A DNA stretch of 64,000 nt from Camelus ferus (GCF_009834535.1 NC_045707.1:63552001-63616000), one strand, 5' to 3'; numbered from the stretch's first letter, positions 13,171-26,444 are shown. A program made the numbers and translations. Notes: generated from the sequence alone by a model not told the origin.

Positions 13171-14699
13171 ATGTATGGAAATATTTCAATAACTACTACA
13201 ATAAATATGTTAAGTGAATACATTCAACAAACATAAGTCATTACATAAAGGAGAGAAAATCTCTAAGTCTGCTAGATCTATCTGCATTTGAAGAATACTG
13301 ACTGTTTTTTAAGCTTTCAACCTGACTCAGGAAGAAGAACCAGGAGAATTAGTCTATAAAATAAAAGAGAGACACTTTTAATTTTTTTTGCACGTGTGCC
13401 TTTGAAAAATAGGGAGTGGTAATGTCATGTTCAGACGAATCCACCATTATGTTCTCTTTGATTTCATTTTAGGTACAGTAATTGTACTAAAAAATAATGG
13501 ATATTAAATTAATCCCGACAAAACAAGCTAATTAATAATCGTGTGCAGTTATCTAATTTTCCCTGGAGTGAGATAGGTAATTCTAAGTGATAAACTATGA
13601 GTAGCTGGTGAAACGCTATTTCATATTAAAAATACATTACACATCTCAAAAGAAAGAGAGGGAAGCTGTAAGTATCGTTCAAAATCGAGTGCGTTCATTC
13701 AAAGACAACATTTTTAGTGAAAATAAAGGCTTACACTTTGACGCATTAGTGAAGCTGTCAGCTTCTTTCTACTACTGAAGGAGGCATTTGACACTGCATA
13801 GACCTCTTAGGTTCTTGACCCTCTGCCCTTATTTTTCTGAGTTTTACCACAAATCATCACAGGTCACAATATGCCAAGATAAAAAGAAATCCTGGAAAAG
13901 TTTGAGACAGAAAAAAGGGAGCAGATCCAAATTTTCCCATCGTAGGTATCACAACCTCTCACACATGTGTCATCTCAGTAGTCAAAGGGCATTCGATGCA
14001 CTGTGTCAGCCGGCCCTTCAGATGGTATCTTGGCAGAAACTGGGCCACAATAAAATTTACTTCGCTTTTATCAAAGAAAGAAACTTACCAAAGAAAGAGA
14101 AAGACCACTCTCAGAATGAGGCAGGGATCCCAGTAGGAACATACGGTCCATGTGCGTGGAACCTGTCTGGCTTTACCCGTGATTAAGTCTAGGGCACAAG
14201 CGCTCCAACCATGCCTGGAGGACTGGGGGGTGGACGGGGCTGGAAGCTCAGCCCTTTGGAGTCCACAGCTCCTCAACCTTTAAAGCTCTTCTTCTTTCGC
14301 CCCTGAAACCACACATTCCTGACCCTTCTTTCTCCCTTGACGCTCTGCCTCTGTTCCCGCTGCCTCTCCTCCTCTCTGCCCACCACTTCCCTGTACAAGA
14401 CCCCCAAGGGCCTCTCCAGCCTGTGTGTGAGATGATGTCAGTTCCGGAGCAGAGAGATGGGGAGAATGGACTGACCAAAAGTGGTGTTTACCACTAGCAT
14501 GAGTGCACTTCATGCACTCCACAAACTGGGACGTTCAGATGGGCAGACAAGTCCAAATAAGAGTGATAAAAATGAAACAGAGGGGGTGGGGGCCCACCCC
14601 AAGTCTGGCCATTTAGGATCCAAGGACAAAGCTCCATCAGGCACAGTGATGTTCTAGATGGCTCAACAGTTGTCATCCGGACTACCATTCGGATTCCTG

Positions 14700-15300
14700 C
14701 CTGGCCTGTTTCCTCCCAGAACTGCCTCTCACCGACAGAACAGGGTATCTGCAGCCACATTTAAACCACCCTACTCTTCCTCTCTGACCACAGTCGACTG
14801 ACCAGGAGCAAACAGCTGACCCACACTGGATCCATCAGACACTCTTTCCCAAGAATTTGAAATCCGAGTTCAGAGGCAGTGAGTCGGTCTTTGGCTAAAA
14901 CCATCACATGTAAAACTGAGAAGTTTTAGAGTCACCATATTCCACCACGCAGATGGGTAAGTAGAAAAATCCCACCTGCAGAGAAAAAGGAAGAATAAAA
15001 CAGAGTCCCAGAGAGTGGAATGAAACAGACGTGCAGAGGTGAAGGCAGAAACTTAGGAGGTCTTTCCAGTCACCAGCTCTAGTCTCTTTGGAAAGTCTGC
15101 TACATCTCTGCCTTGGGTTCCATGAGTCCTATGGAATGAAGCTCCCAAGTGAACCCAAATTATACAAACAATACAAAAATAAAAGTCAACAAAGTAATGT
15201 TTACGGATGGAAAATAAAGCTAATAGTTGATCGCCCTTTGACTATTTTCCTTACTGAAATGAGAGTGGTTGTCACATGTGAGTTCTCCTCACACCTAACC
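14700..15300 (+). mobile_element. Probable old MaLR LTR (MLT1K/L-like)
   Basis: Diverged motifs ctgacccacactggatccatcagacactctttcccaagaattt and tcaccatattccaccacg. Boundaries uncertain. Confidence 0.4.
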
Positions 15301-17943
15301 TAGAGCTTCATGCAGAGGCAGGACACGAGGGTAGCAGCTCTGTGCCTAGGCTGGTCGTTAGAACCAGCACTTCATTCAGAGCTGTTTAATTTACAACAAA
15401 GACCAAAAAGGAGGCAAGAATGAAGCTCAAAGTGAAACTGAATCCAGCTACTGTTCCCCTCCCCATATTAGAATCTCTCTACAAAAGCGAATTCTCCAGA
15501 GAAGAGGACGTCACAAAGAAAACAGATGGTCATTTTAAGGCAAGTAAGAGACACTCCACATTGCCTTCCCCTCACTCCTTCCTTTAACAGGAAGGATTTA
15601 AGCAGTTATGGCTATTCCTCACATACATTTCAGCCGTCCTGTTTATGGGATGCAATAGATAGGCAGACGATTGTACGAGTACACTACAAAACAAGCAGCT
15701 GAATGTGGAACGGGGCTCAGAAATGGAAACCCTGTCAGTTAGTTAGTGAATTATCACATGAAACAAATTGTTCACTTTCTGTTCAGTCCATTAGCCGCAG
15801 GGATGAAAGGAACTGCTCGCCCAACACATAATATTCCAATTTCCTATTTTCACTTAGCATTTCCTTTTCCTGCTCTGCAAATAAAATGCATTTATATGAT
15901 GGATGTAATTTGTTCCCTTTGACCAGGATTTTATTTTCATCAGAGACAACCTTAAGCTCAACTGCTCTCTGAAATGGAGTCTCGGGGATGCCGAACCTCT
16001 TACGTGGAGTGGGTTGGTGGGGCTTGCCTTTTAGTAGCTGGACTGGTGCCTGGAACATAGACCCACCAACCACTTTGCCTTCCACTTCAGCTTTTCTGAG
16101 ATGGACAGTTGTGGAACGGCTCTGAGTCAACTTGCCACAACTCAGTGAACTATGAATAATAGTTCAATTTGCTCAGTGTCGTTCTTCCAGAAAGTTCCAG
16201 CCTTTATACTGTTTCATTAATTTGAACAGGTTTTTATATTTTTTATTCCCATTTCATAGATATAAATTTTGATGTCCAGAGAGAAATGCAAAACATCTCT
16301 GAGGTTACTGAATCGGTTAGTATCCATTGCTTTTGACTTTCCAGGTAATGATTTAAGGCCATCATGCAAATGACCACAAGCCTACAGATTCACATCTCAA
16401 TGAGATTCAGTCAGTTCTACTAAAATCTGGTCAAATAAAAGTATGAAAAGTCACAGAAATAAGAACAATGGCTCATAACACTGGTAAAGCACTTCTCTGG
16501 GCCATTAAAGTACGATGATTTTATCATTTAAAAGGGTGGGGAAAGTGCGAGACATTTAAGGGCATTTAGATTTAAAAAACAAGAAGAGAAAAAAATTACC
16601 ATTTGGTAAGTAATTTTTATGGTTAGGCATATGTATAAAATTTAAGTTTCATGATAATTATGTAAATGAGGTGTGTTCAATCCCATTTTACAGAAGATAA
16701 AACGAAAGCCCTGAAAATGTCAGTAAGTCTATAGAGATCATCCAGTTTGTCGGCAGAAAAAAAGAATTTGTACAATTGTTTACCTAATTTCAAAGCCCAC
16801 ATTCTCTTTTCTGTACTCTGAGAGAGACTTGTAGTTTAAAAGTGCCCAATTCTACTGAAACCCATATCCTCCTAATGCTAGTTACAGTAAAAAGCTGGAC
16901 CAGAAAAAGTTTTATCTGGTTGCCTTAAGTTTAATCTGTCTCGGTATTCTTTTCCCACGGACCAATGGGTGGCCCAGAGACTGAATTTCAGGTCGTCACC
17001 TGGAACCCACAGGAACACTTCTGCCCAGCAGTGTTGCTGGGCACAGCTCAGGGGAAGAAGTCACACCGTCACCAGCACTAGCGGAGGATGGAGAGTCCAG
17101 GCGCCCCCCATCTCTGTGGCACAGACCAAGCTCAAAGGACGTGAACAGTGCTTCTTCAGGAAGGTGCAACTTCCAACACCAGGAGGAAAAATGTGAACAA
17201 TGCAAATACAAAATCCCCTGCCTCTCCCCTTGTGCTTTTGTCCTGGGTATCAGCACTTTTTTGGTGCCAGTGACAGTGGAGGAAAAGTATCAGCAGGGGA
17301 GGAGGGGCCAATAAAAGTCCAAAGATACACTCAGCTTCAGGTACAGCTCAATCCACGAGTTTGACGACAATTAAGATCATTGTCCCATCTCTTACTCTTG
17401 GCCCTCCGTTCCCTACACGGCCGCCCCCGGAAGTTCTAGATTCACATGCCATCACTTTCCAGTCACAGAAGAGAGCAGCCCACCCCTTTCCCAGTAGCTC
17501 CAGGGAAGTCCAGGGTTTGACCTCCATTGACCCATCTCAGAGCATGGCCCAGCCCTACATCAGTCGTTTAGGGCAGGGGTGTAAGCGAGCAGGACCCTCT
17601 TGTCATCAGTGACCGTATGGTATTTGTTAACTGCTTAACTGTGTAATAGTTCAAATGGCTTTTCTCATGCTTTTGCTGACCATGATTGTGCTAGAAAGAG
17701 GGGGGAGCTCAGGTGACCTGCCCGTCCCCCTCGTTGTGCTCACAACACCTCAGAGACAGCAGGTGGGTGTTCGTGCATCTTACTGTTCATGACTCACCCC
17801 AACTGCGTGTGTCTGCAATTATTGTTAACCCCTTATGGTTTCTTTGTAGTCTGTTGTCCCAGCCTGTACAAATACCACAGCAAGAGGTCTCAGGCCTCAG
17901 CCTGCCTAAAGTGCCAGAAGCATTTTATATATCAATCTGACTT

Positions 17944-18553
17944 TTTTTTTAAATTGAAGTAAAGGCAGTTTACAATGTTGTGTCAATTTCTGGTGTACAG
18001 CATCATGTTTCAGTCATACATGTACGTACGTATATTAATTTTCATATTCTTTTTCACCATAAGTTACTACAAGATATTGAAGATGGTTCCCTATGCTATA
18101 TAGAAGACACTTACTTATTTTATATATAGTAGTTAGAATCTGCAAATCTCGAACTCCCAATTTATCCCTTCCCACCCCATTTCTCCCCTGGTAGCCATAA
18201 GTTTGTTTTCTATGTCTTGTGAGTCTGTTTCTGTTTTGTAAATAAGTTCATTTCTGTCTCTTTTTTATATTCTACATGAGTGATAGCATATGGTATTTTT
18301 CTTTCTCTTTCTACTTATTTCACTTAGAATGATGATCTCCAGGTCCGTCCATGTTGCTGCAAATGGCATCATTTTAATATTTTTTATGGCTGAGTAGTAT
18401 TCTAGTGTATAAAAATACCACAACTTCTTTATCCAGTCATCTGTCAATCGAAATTTAGGTTCTTTCCATGTCTTGGCTATTGTAAACTGCTATGAACATT
18501 GGGGTCCATGTATCTTTTCAAATTAGAGTTCCCTCTGGATATATGCCCAGGAG
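17944..18553 (-). mobile_element. Lineage-specific L1 3' end, 5'-truncated
   Basis: ORF2 remnant TDDWIKKLWYFYTLEYYSAIK..PFAATWTDLEIIILSEIS, poly-T at the left end, TSD tct(g/a)acttt at about 17936-17944 and 18554-18562. Confidence 0.9.
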
Positions 18554-18562
18554 TCTAACTTT

Positions 18563-18960
18563 AAACTGCACAAGTTTTTCTCTAGAGCACTTTTCCCCAG
18601 GCCCCTTTCCTAAGCACCTTTGTTCTAGGCACAAGGATATTAGAAGAGTCCCCAAGCCAGAGGGAACATCATATACTCAGCAGAAGAAACAAGGCCATTG
18701 TATCTAAAAAAACAAGGACAACTTTGTAACGAGTTGTTACCCTGTATGTGATCTCTATGGAAATCAGTGTCACCCCTTGAACTCTTACTATGAAACCTCC
18801 CTACCTTCTCTCCCCAGGAGGCTCACACTCTTAGAGGCATTAAGCCACCGGTGACCTCCTCTGCCTGGCAAAAAAATAAATCTGCCTTTTCTACTTCATC
18901 CAAAACTCTGTCCTTGAGTCTCAATTTGGTAAGTGGGGTACAGAGGCCGAGTTTTGGCAG
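18563..18960 (+). mobile_element. ERV1-type LTR; may begin left of the adjacent L1 insertion
   Basis: R/U5-like end cttagaggcattaagcc..cctctgcctggcaaaaaaataaa..ttctacttcatccaaaactctgtc..gtacagaggccgagttttggca with an AATAAA. Confidence 0.7.
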
Positions 18961-21009
18961 GAGGGGGATAAAATAGCTCACTGAAGCCTTGGTCAGAAGC
19001 CCAAGCCCTGGAACTAGGAGGTGGCGTCAGCCACAGCCCGGACATGGACTGAGAGTAGGAGAGCGTTCACAAAAGAAAAGAGGGGGTGCAGCTACTGGAC
19101 AAAAAAAAATGTATGGATGCTGGGCCAACAAGAGCTGGCAGCGTGAGCGGAGTGACAACCACCCTCTAAGGCATAGTTCCAACATCCAACAGCTACCTCC
19201 GTCCACGCTAGGTAGGAGTCATGGTGACTTTTCCCTCTGTTCCCAGGCAGGAGCTCAAGAGGCCGACTCAGCCTGGCAATTAGCTGTCAGCTGATCACCA
19301 ATTCAAATGTGCAGGAGTGGGCCGTGCTGATGATCTGTACTTGCAGTAATCACTTGGCTGGGTGAATCAAATTATACTTTCCAATGCCACTTCAAATCAG
19401 GATTGCTCTGTCTGCACTCATCTTCAGCAGTAAGTATTACCTTGCAAGTTATTTTCTTTGATACTGACGATATGCGGGCAAGGGAGGGATTTAGGCTTCT
19501 TTTAAGTTCTGTTCAACAAGAAAGACCAAAAAGTTTTAGAGGTTTGTAAGGAGGCTAATTAGGACCTATTCCAACTTAATGGCTAGGCTTCCACACTGAA
19601 ATGAATAGGGGAACGTGTTCCGCCCTTGCAAGGCAGAGATTTTTTCCTTCCAAGTAACTGTCTGATTGGGGGGACCTCATTCTTTCATAATGCCACGTGC
19701 GGTGATCAATCCAATGTAACGATCAAAAGGAAGTTTGCCTTAATCAACCCCGATAAACAAATAACTACTATAGTGGCAAACCTCACATGCTCTTCACTTC
19801 AAATTCACTTGCCAATAATCGGCCTCATTAACGTCTGTAAAGTTAGCTGCTCGCTAAAACTGGGCAAGCTGTACATTAGATGTGTTCAGTGGTTTGCAAA
19901 CCTTTGGGGATAATAGACCTACTGAATCAGCATCTTGCTAGTTTCACGAAAATTTGCAAGCTAAAAAGTCAGGAGACTGCAAGGGATCCGGAGTGAAGGA
20001 GACACCAGGAAATTCCTACCGCCTTCCTATGATTAATATTCTCTAGCTCAGCCTATTAAAGGAGGGCTGGCTTTGCATCTTTTATAAGATCTGATTTTAA
20101 CAGAAAATGAACTTGATTTCTTTGTGCCACTAGCTTTCAAATTACCCTGCCCACATCTGTCAGATATTTCTGTTGTTCAATTATAAAAACTGTACCCAGA
20201 CTGGATTATGAGAATGCCGTTTGCAGGCACCGTAACAACAGATGCCCTTGGGTTGAACATCAGCTTCACTATGATCCTCTCAAAGAAGGACAAACACTTC
20301 CAGCTGCTGCACCAGACCCATCCTTCTTGGAGGGAGGAAGAAATCATAGCAAATGAACCTTTCTGGGGTACCTAAAATATACATCTGGGGAGATGGACGG
20401 CAGCAAGAAGAGAGGAAATAGACTTCACTGATTCACTTCCATTTTTATGGCTGAATCCTACAGACATGGCCAGAGGGACAGTGAACCCAACTATTCAGTT
20501 TGCTTGGAGATAAGGGAGCTTTTTTGTCCTCAATTACCCTGCATGTCAGCACCACCAACATTCACCAATAATGCCCCACTCTCCACACTCCATTTTGCTT
20601 ATGCAGTGAGTATCTGTGAATCACAAGAAAAATTTTTGCATTTGCTTTCTGGCCTGGCTTTTTATCCTTAAAAGCTGTCCAGGGCAAGTTTAACACAGTA
20701 TCACTGGCTGTCTGCTTCTCCAGCCAAATGGTAATCAACTCAGATACTGCTTATTCCAGCTTCCCCCGGTGTTTCCTCTGGCAGTTCTAACTCACCTTCT
20801 TAACTATTTAATTACAACTTTTTTTTACAGTTTAAAAATCTTACAGTTTTATTTGTCAATTATACCTCAATAAAGCTGAAAAAAATATAGGGAGTGAAAG
20901 ACAGTGAATGATCATATGAACCGAATTAAAATGCTGACAAGATTCTTGCCTTTTCTGAATGTTTCAAACCATATAAGGAGAACATTTTTCACTGCTAAAA
21001 CTAACATGT

Positions 21010-21245
21010 GTATTTTTTAACACCTTTATTGTAGTATGGTTCCTGTACAGTAAACTACACGTATTTCAGATGTACAATTTAATGAATTTTGATAGATGGA
21101 TACACCCTGAAACCACCACCACAATCAAGATAGCTAACATTCCCATCACTCCACAAGAGGTGCAAATTCCAAATTCCCAATTTATCCCTTCCCACCCCTT
21201 TTACCCCCAGTAACCATAAGTTTGTTCTCTATGTCTGTGAGTCTA
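21010..21245 (-). mobile_element. L1 3' UTR fragments (old plus lineage-specific piece)
   Basis: aaccaccaccacaatcaagatagctaacattcccatcactcc followed by cccaatttatcccttcccacccc..taaccataagtttgttctctatgtctgtgagtct, which also occurs in the 17944-18553 L1. Confidence 0.75.
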
Positions 21246-21276
21246 ATTAAAACTGTATTTAATAATGTCCACCATG

Positions 21277-21443
21277 GCGGGAGCGGGGGGTGTTTAGCTC
21301 AAGTGGTAGAGTGCATGTTTAGCATGCAGGAGGTCCTGGATTCAATCCCCAGTACATCCATTAAAAATAAATAAGTAAATAAGCCAAATTACCTCCCCTC
21401 TCCAAAAAAAATTAATCACTCTTCAAAAAAATTTTATAAATAA
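21277..21443 (+). mobile_element. Vic-1-type SINE with 17-bp TSD
   Basis: tagctcaagtggtagagtgcatgtttagcatgcaggaggtcctggattcaatccccagtacatcca. Perfect TSD taataatgtccaccatg at 21260-21276 and 21444-21460. Confidence 0.95.
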
Positions 21444-21469
21444 TAATAATGTCCACCATGATCCAGTAA

Positions 21470-22640
21470 GATATTGACTCTGTAGATCCCCAGTATTGCA
21501 ATGGTCTCCTAATTGGTTTCACCCCACCCTCCAATCGCCCTACAACTCGTTTCCACACAGCAGCTTGGGTAACCTCTTAAGAATGTAAATCAGGTCTTGT
21601 CTACAGTCCCCCAGTGACTCCGCTGCATTTAGAGTGCACTTGACCCCTGTGGAACCTTGTAGTATCTCATTGTTGCCTCGCATGCTGCCATCTTTTCTTT
21701 CTACTCCAGTCCACTGGCAATCTGTCTTACTCAAACACATAGATTTCTGCCGCAGACCCTTTGGTCTTGGTGCCACCCTCTTCCAGAAACATCCTTTCCA
21801 TTGCCCTCTTCATGCCTGGCTTCTTCTCATCCCATGGTTCTCCATCAAATGCCATCTGTTCAGACAGGCTTTTCCTGACAACCTTACACCCTCCTCTCCA
21901 CTGCTCTTAATCATATTCTCCCAACTATTTTCTTCATAAAATTTGCTACAATCTCACACGATCTGGTTCTTTGCCTGTATCTCTCTCTGTAATAGAAAAG
22001 AACAAATCTGACTCCACATTAGACCTGTTCCTTTGGCTCTAACCCTGTGCTCTGTTTCCTGGGCTTAGTCCTGCCGGTTCTGCATCTTTTGTAAAAGAAT
22101 GTTGCCTGCAGCCTGAAACAGACAGGACAGCCTATTCTCAAGGCTCTGACCTTCAAGGGTACTAACTCTTTCCTATTCATATAAAGACAAAAAGTTGCAG
22201 AATAGAAAATAACATTTGTCTTGTTGAAGGTTTACAGGGACACCATGACCTGACCTACGTGGACAGCTGCAAGAACAAAGGATTCAGACACTAAGAAGTC
22301 TGCAATCAACCAACCACTACCCACACCCCCATTTTAGTATAAAAGGAGCCTGAATTCTGACTTGGGGAAGACGGTTCTCCAGGACGTTAGTCTGCCATCT
22401 TCTCGGTCTGCTGGCTTTCCGAATAAAGTCATTATTTCTTGCCCCAAAACCTCATTTCCCGATTTATTGGCCTGTCGTGAAGTGAGCAGAATGAGTTTGG
22501 ACTTGATAGCATCTCTACTAGAATGTAAGTTCGAAGTGGGCATCAACCTCCTCTGCCTTATTCACCACTATGTCCTCAGTGCCTAGAACCGTGCCTGATA
22601 CAGACCCAGATATGATTTAAGCCATTAAATGAATGTTTTG
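21470..22640 (+). mobile_element. L2 3' region split by a solo LTR
   Basis: L2 motifs ttgcaatggtctcctaattgg.. before 21988; actagaatgtaagttc..tattcaccactatgtcctcagtgcctagaaccgtgcctga..aatgaatg after 22515. Confidence 0.75.
21988..22511 (+). mobile_element. ERV1 solo LTR, MER41-like family, copy 1
   Basis: TGTAATAG...GATAGCA termini, ACTCCA(c/t)ATT near the 5' end, TATAAAA and AATAAA, 4-bp TSD tctc (21984-21987, 22512-22515). Colinear with 53528-54048. Confidence 0.9.
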
Positions 22641-25384
22641 AGACCTCAAGTCATATCATAAAGAATCACCATTCCATATTTCAGAACTGGTTTATTTTGA
22701 AAACATGCAAATACTAGAAGAAGCAGTATGTCACTATTAATTCCTTTGCCTCTTCCCAGAACGTGGCAATCTGCATAAGAATCATCTCCCCAAATAAGAG
22801 AATGTCTTTGGAAATTGAAGGGAGGAAAAAACAAACAAACAAACAAACCTCAGATACACAAGAAAACCATGGGCTGCTTTCTTTTTCATTATAAGTACGA
22901 CAAGGTTCATGAGAGTGAGCATCAGCAGCTTGATTTTCTAGAAGTTGAAAATTAGATCAAATGAATTGGAGGACAACTACATCTTGTGTTAATGTTTTCC
23001 TCCTCAAATGAAGAAAATGAGATGATGTGAGCCATGACTCCATTTGAAAATGAAACTTTGTATTTCCATTTGCTTCCACGTTAAAGCACACTGTTTTTCA
23101 TTTTAGAACTTTTCGTGTGGGTAAATGTTGCAATACATTACATTCATTAGGCTCAGGCCCATTTACCATGTGCAAGCAAGACAGATACATCATCCCCATA
23201 AAGCATCATTTCTAAATTACACAGTAAATAAATGAGACTAAGCCAGACACCCAACTAACCCTTACCACTAATGTAAAAAAAAAAAAAATCGTTTAATCAC
23301 CTTGGGACAGAGTTCCCTACTCTTAAAAGATGCAATTTATAAACAATTTATTATGCCAAATAAACTGAATACACTGGACGCCTGACCCTAACTCAAAACA
23401 GACAAAAAAATGCTTCAAGAAAAAAAAAAAAAACTGGACTAATGTGGCTGGTTTTTTTTTTTTGCAAAGTATGATCCGTAAGAAACCTGGTCTTGCTAGG
23501 AACCTGGGGTTGATTTCTGATTAGCTGATTACAGAAGACAGCAGCAAAGCCAAAATAAAGTAGTGATTCACAGCACGATGACAGTGAGCAAGTGTCTTTA
23601 AATTTATAATTGCCCTTGGATCTATTTAATTTAGCTTTAAGTCAGGAGGCATAATTGAGACAAATGGTTACACTGAGCAGGTATCGGATATGACGAGAAG
23701 CTGGCTGTGACTATTTTGTTGTGCTACTTCCATTTCCATCTGCCAACACTTCTTCCTATGCTGGCTATTAAATTTTACAGGACTTTCCCCACTATTCGTC
23801 GTAATGGCATTTGCATGTTAAACATTCACAACAAACGAAAACCATGATTCCATTGTTTCACATGGTGAAAACCATGCTTACTGCTATTCCAAATGGAGAA
23901 TAAATCTAAAAAGAATCAAGTAATTCCTCCTCCTTGTATGATCTCTAAATAAGCTCTGCAGAAAAGCCTATTCACTTTGCAACTCTTCTATTTTTGAAAC
24001 AACATAGATTTTTGCACATGTAAGAAAAGTGAAGATGCCGCTGTAACCAATCCAAAGATCGCTCAAACATTAATTTTGTTGAGGGAATCTGTCTACAATT
24101 AAATATAGTTTTTCCTTCAGTACATTTAGCTAAGACGCTCCCCTTCTATCAAGGCTAGAAGGGAAAAGTTTGATGGCTACTTACGGGTTTTTTTAGTCAT
24201 GTCTAAAGCAACACCAAATCATGGGAACAATACAGAAAGCAGATGTTAAGAGTTTCTTAGCCAATTTTCTCCTTTGAGAAAATTCAGCAACTAGGTCTGG
24301 CAATTTCTAAATTATTGTTCTTAGTCTCTTGTTATTTATTGGAAATTTCTGGATTCGTTGTTCTGGGTTATTATTCTAGATTAGTATTTGTAAGTAACCA
24401 ATTACTTGGGGTCATCTACATCGAGCAAAGCCAGATATAAGAAAAGATGGATATATAGATTTATAAAACAATTGACATTTACAACTGACTGATCATTCTA
24501 GATCCTTTTATCAGGTTCAGCTCGCTCATCATTTCTCAACCACCAATAATTTTCCAAGGCACTAAATCTTTCACCTAAAATAGCATTTAAACTACATGAC
24601 TCTCATTCTGTCCACCAAATCCCTTCTCAAAAACTCATCCTGAGAATCCTTCAGAAATGAAAGATCCTCAGTAGTTAAGATGACTAACATTCAAACCTCT
24701 GATTATTCGTTGTAATTTTACCTGTCTCTGATGAATATTTTAACTCCGTCTTATGTTCTTCCTGAATATATTTAGTCTAAAATTTTTGACTCGTACAAGA
24801 GTACAAGTCAAACTGGCCATACAAGAGTATGAATTAGTTCGAAATGATATGTAATTTCTTATTTAAAGAACACCCTTGGAAATTGCTCAAGGAAATATTT
24901 TAGAATTGCTCACTTAAAAGTCATTTCGTCATCTTATCCTTCTCTGCTTTTTCTTGCCCACTCCTTCCTCCACCCCAGTATTCTGTGCTGCCAAAGCAGA
25001 GTTAGAAGAACAGTGGTTGCATTTGTTGAGGGAATCAGAAGATGCTAAAATTCATTCACTCATTCTGCAATTTTTTATTTGTTCACTTAATCACCTGATT
25101 AAATCACTCTGCCTCTTAGGGCAGAGATGACCAGAAATTCGTGGTGTATCACTACTGTTTGCCTAAACTTGCTCAAACTTTGGGCAAGTAGACAAGACTC
25201 CCAGAGAGCCAGCTTGGTCTGGGGCTGTGAGAGGAAACATCAAGTCCTATTTAGTGATAGTTTTGTGGTTAGGTTTGAAAAGCATTAGTTTCCCTTCTCT
25301 GACTACACATAAATGCATGCATACACCACACTGAACGTCTTAGCAATCCAAAAATGAGATGCAATGGGCTGTCAATGTTGGCGC

Positions 25385-25495
25385 ACGACAAACTGTGCTA
25401 CTTTGGACAAATTACTTAACCTCTCTGAGCCTCAATTTCTGTATCACTGAAATCACTGAAAGCTCTATGATATTATTGTTCTCCAGGAGAAATGG
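25385..25495 (+). mobile_element. MIR fragment just beyond the TPH2 poly(A) signals
   Basis: ctgtgctactttggacaaattacttaacctctctgagcctcaatttct. Confidence 0.7.
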
Positions 25496-25499
25496 GTTA

Positions 25500-26261
25500 A
25501 ACACCTCAGCATGATAATTCACTTTATTCCAGCATAAAATTCATAGTCCCAAGATTTATTCCCCACTGTTCAGTCGTTCTTAATGTCCTTTCTGTAAGTG
25601 TTTTCTTCCAAAATACTTTGGGAAGCATGCCACAACTCAGTTTCTATAAAGCCAGTACAACTTACATATTCTACTTCTAAAAGCTTTTTTTTTTTTCACA
25701 TTGTATAAATAATCAACCTAAAAGCCATTCCCCCTAAAGTGTTCACTACTTCCAATTTTTGAAACAGAATACTGAATCTTTTGTTAATGTGATGGGAAGT
25801 TTCATACAATTCTGGGTTTATCTCAAATAATGCTGTGAGAACACTGATACGAGCGAAAATAGAAACAGTTTCACTGCTATTTTCATTTTATCTAATGAAC
25901 ACAGAAGAAAGGCTCAGCTCTGAAAAAGAAAAGGTCACACGCTAGAATCATAAGAGGGCTATTTGTTACCAATTTTAAATAGCTGCGGTTTGGTTGAGGA
26001 CACTGAGCAAGAATGTCAAATCTACTTAAGACATTTAAATGTATTACGATCTTTCATACAATGAGTAGTTATCTGTCATCAAGTTTTTTATGGTGTCTTT
26101 TCACACACTGACACAGTAAGTTACAAGTAGGTAGAAATATACAGAATTGCACGCTTACTACCCCAGCCATGACACAGAAAGCTATTGGCATTAAATGACA
26201 TTGACTGAAATGCTGCTAAGCCCCCAGAAGATCACACTGGCAACGACACTGGTCCCAGGCA
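25500..26261 (-). other. TPH2: TPH2 3' UTR (3' end approximate)
   Basis: AT-rich sequence without obvious repeats between the stop codon and two minus-strand AATAAA hexamers. Confidence 0.7.
25523..25560 (-). terminator. Tandem polyadenylation signals of TPH2
   Basis: Plus-strand tttatt at 25555-25560 and 25523-25528 (AATAAA on minus), ~700-735 nt after the stop. A short GU-rich patch (GGTGTTT on minus) follows. Confidence 0.7.
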
Positions 26262-26444
<183 letters not shown>

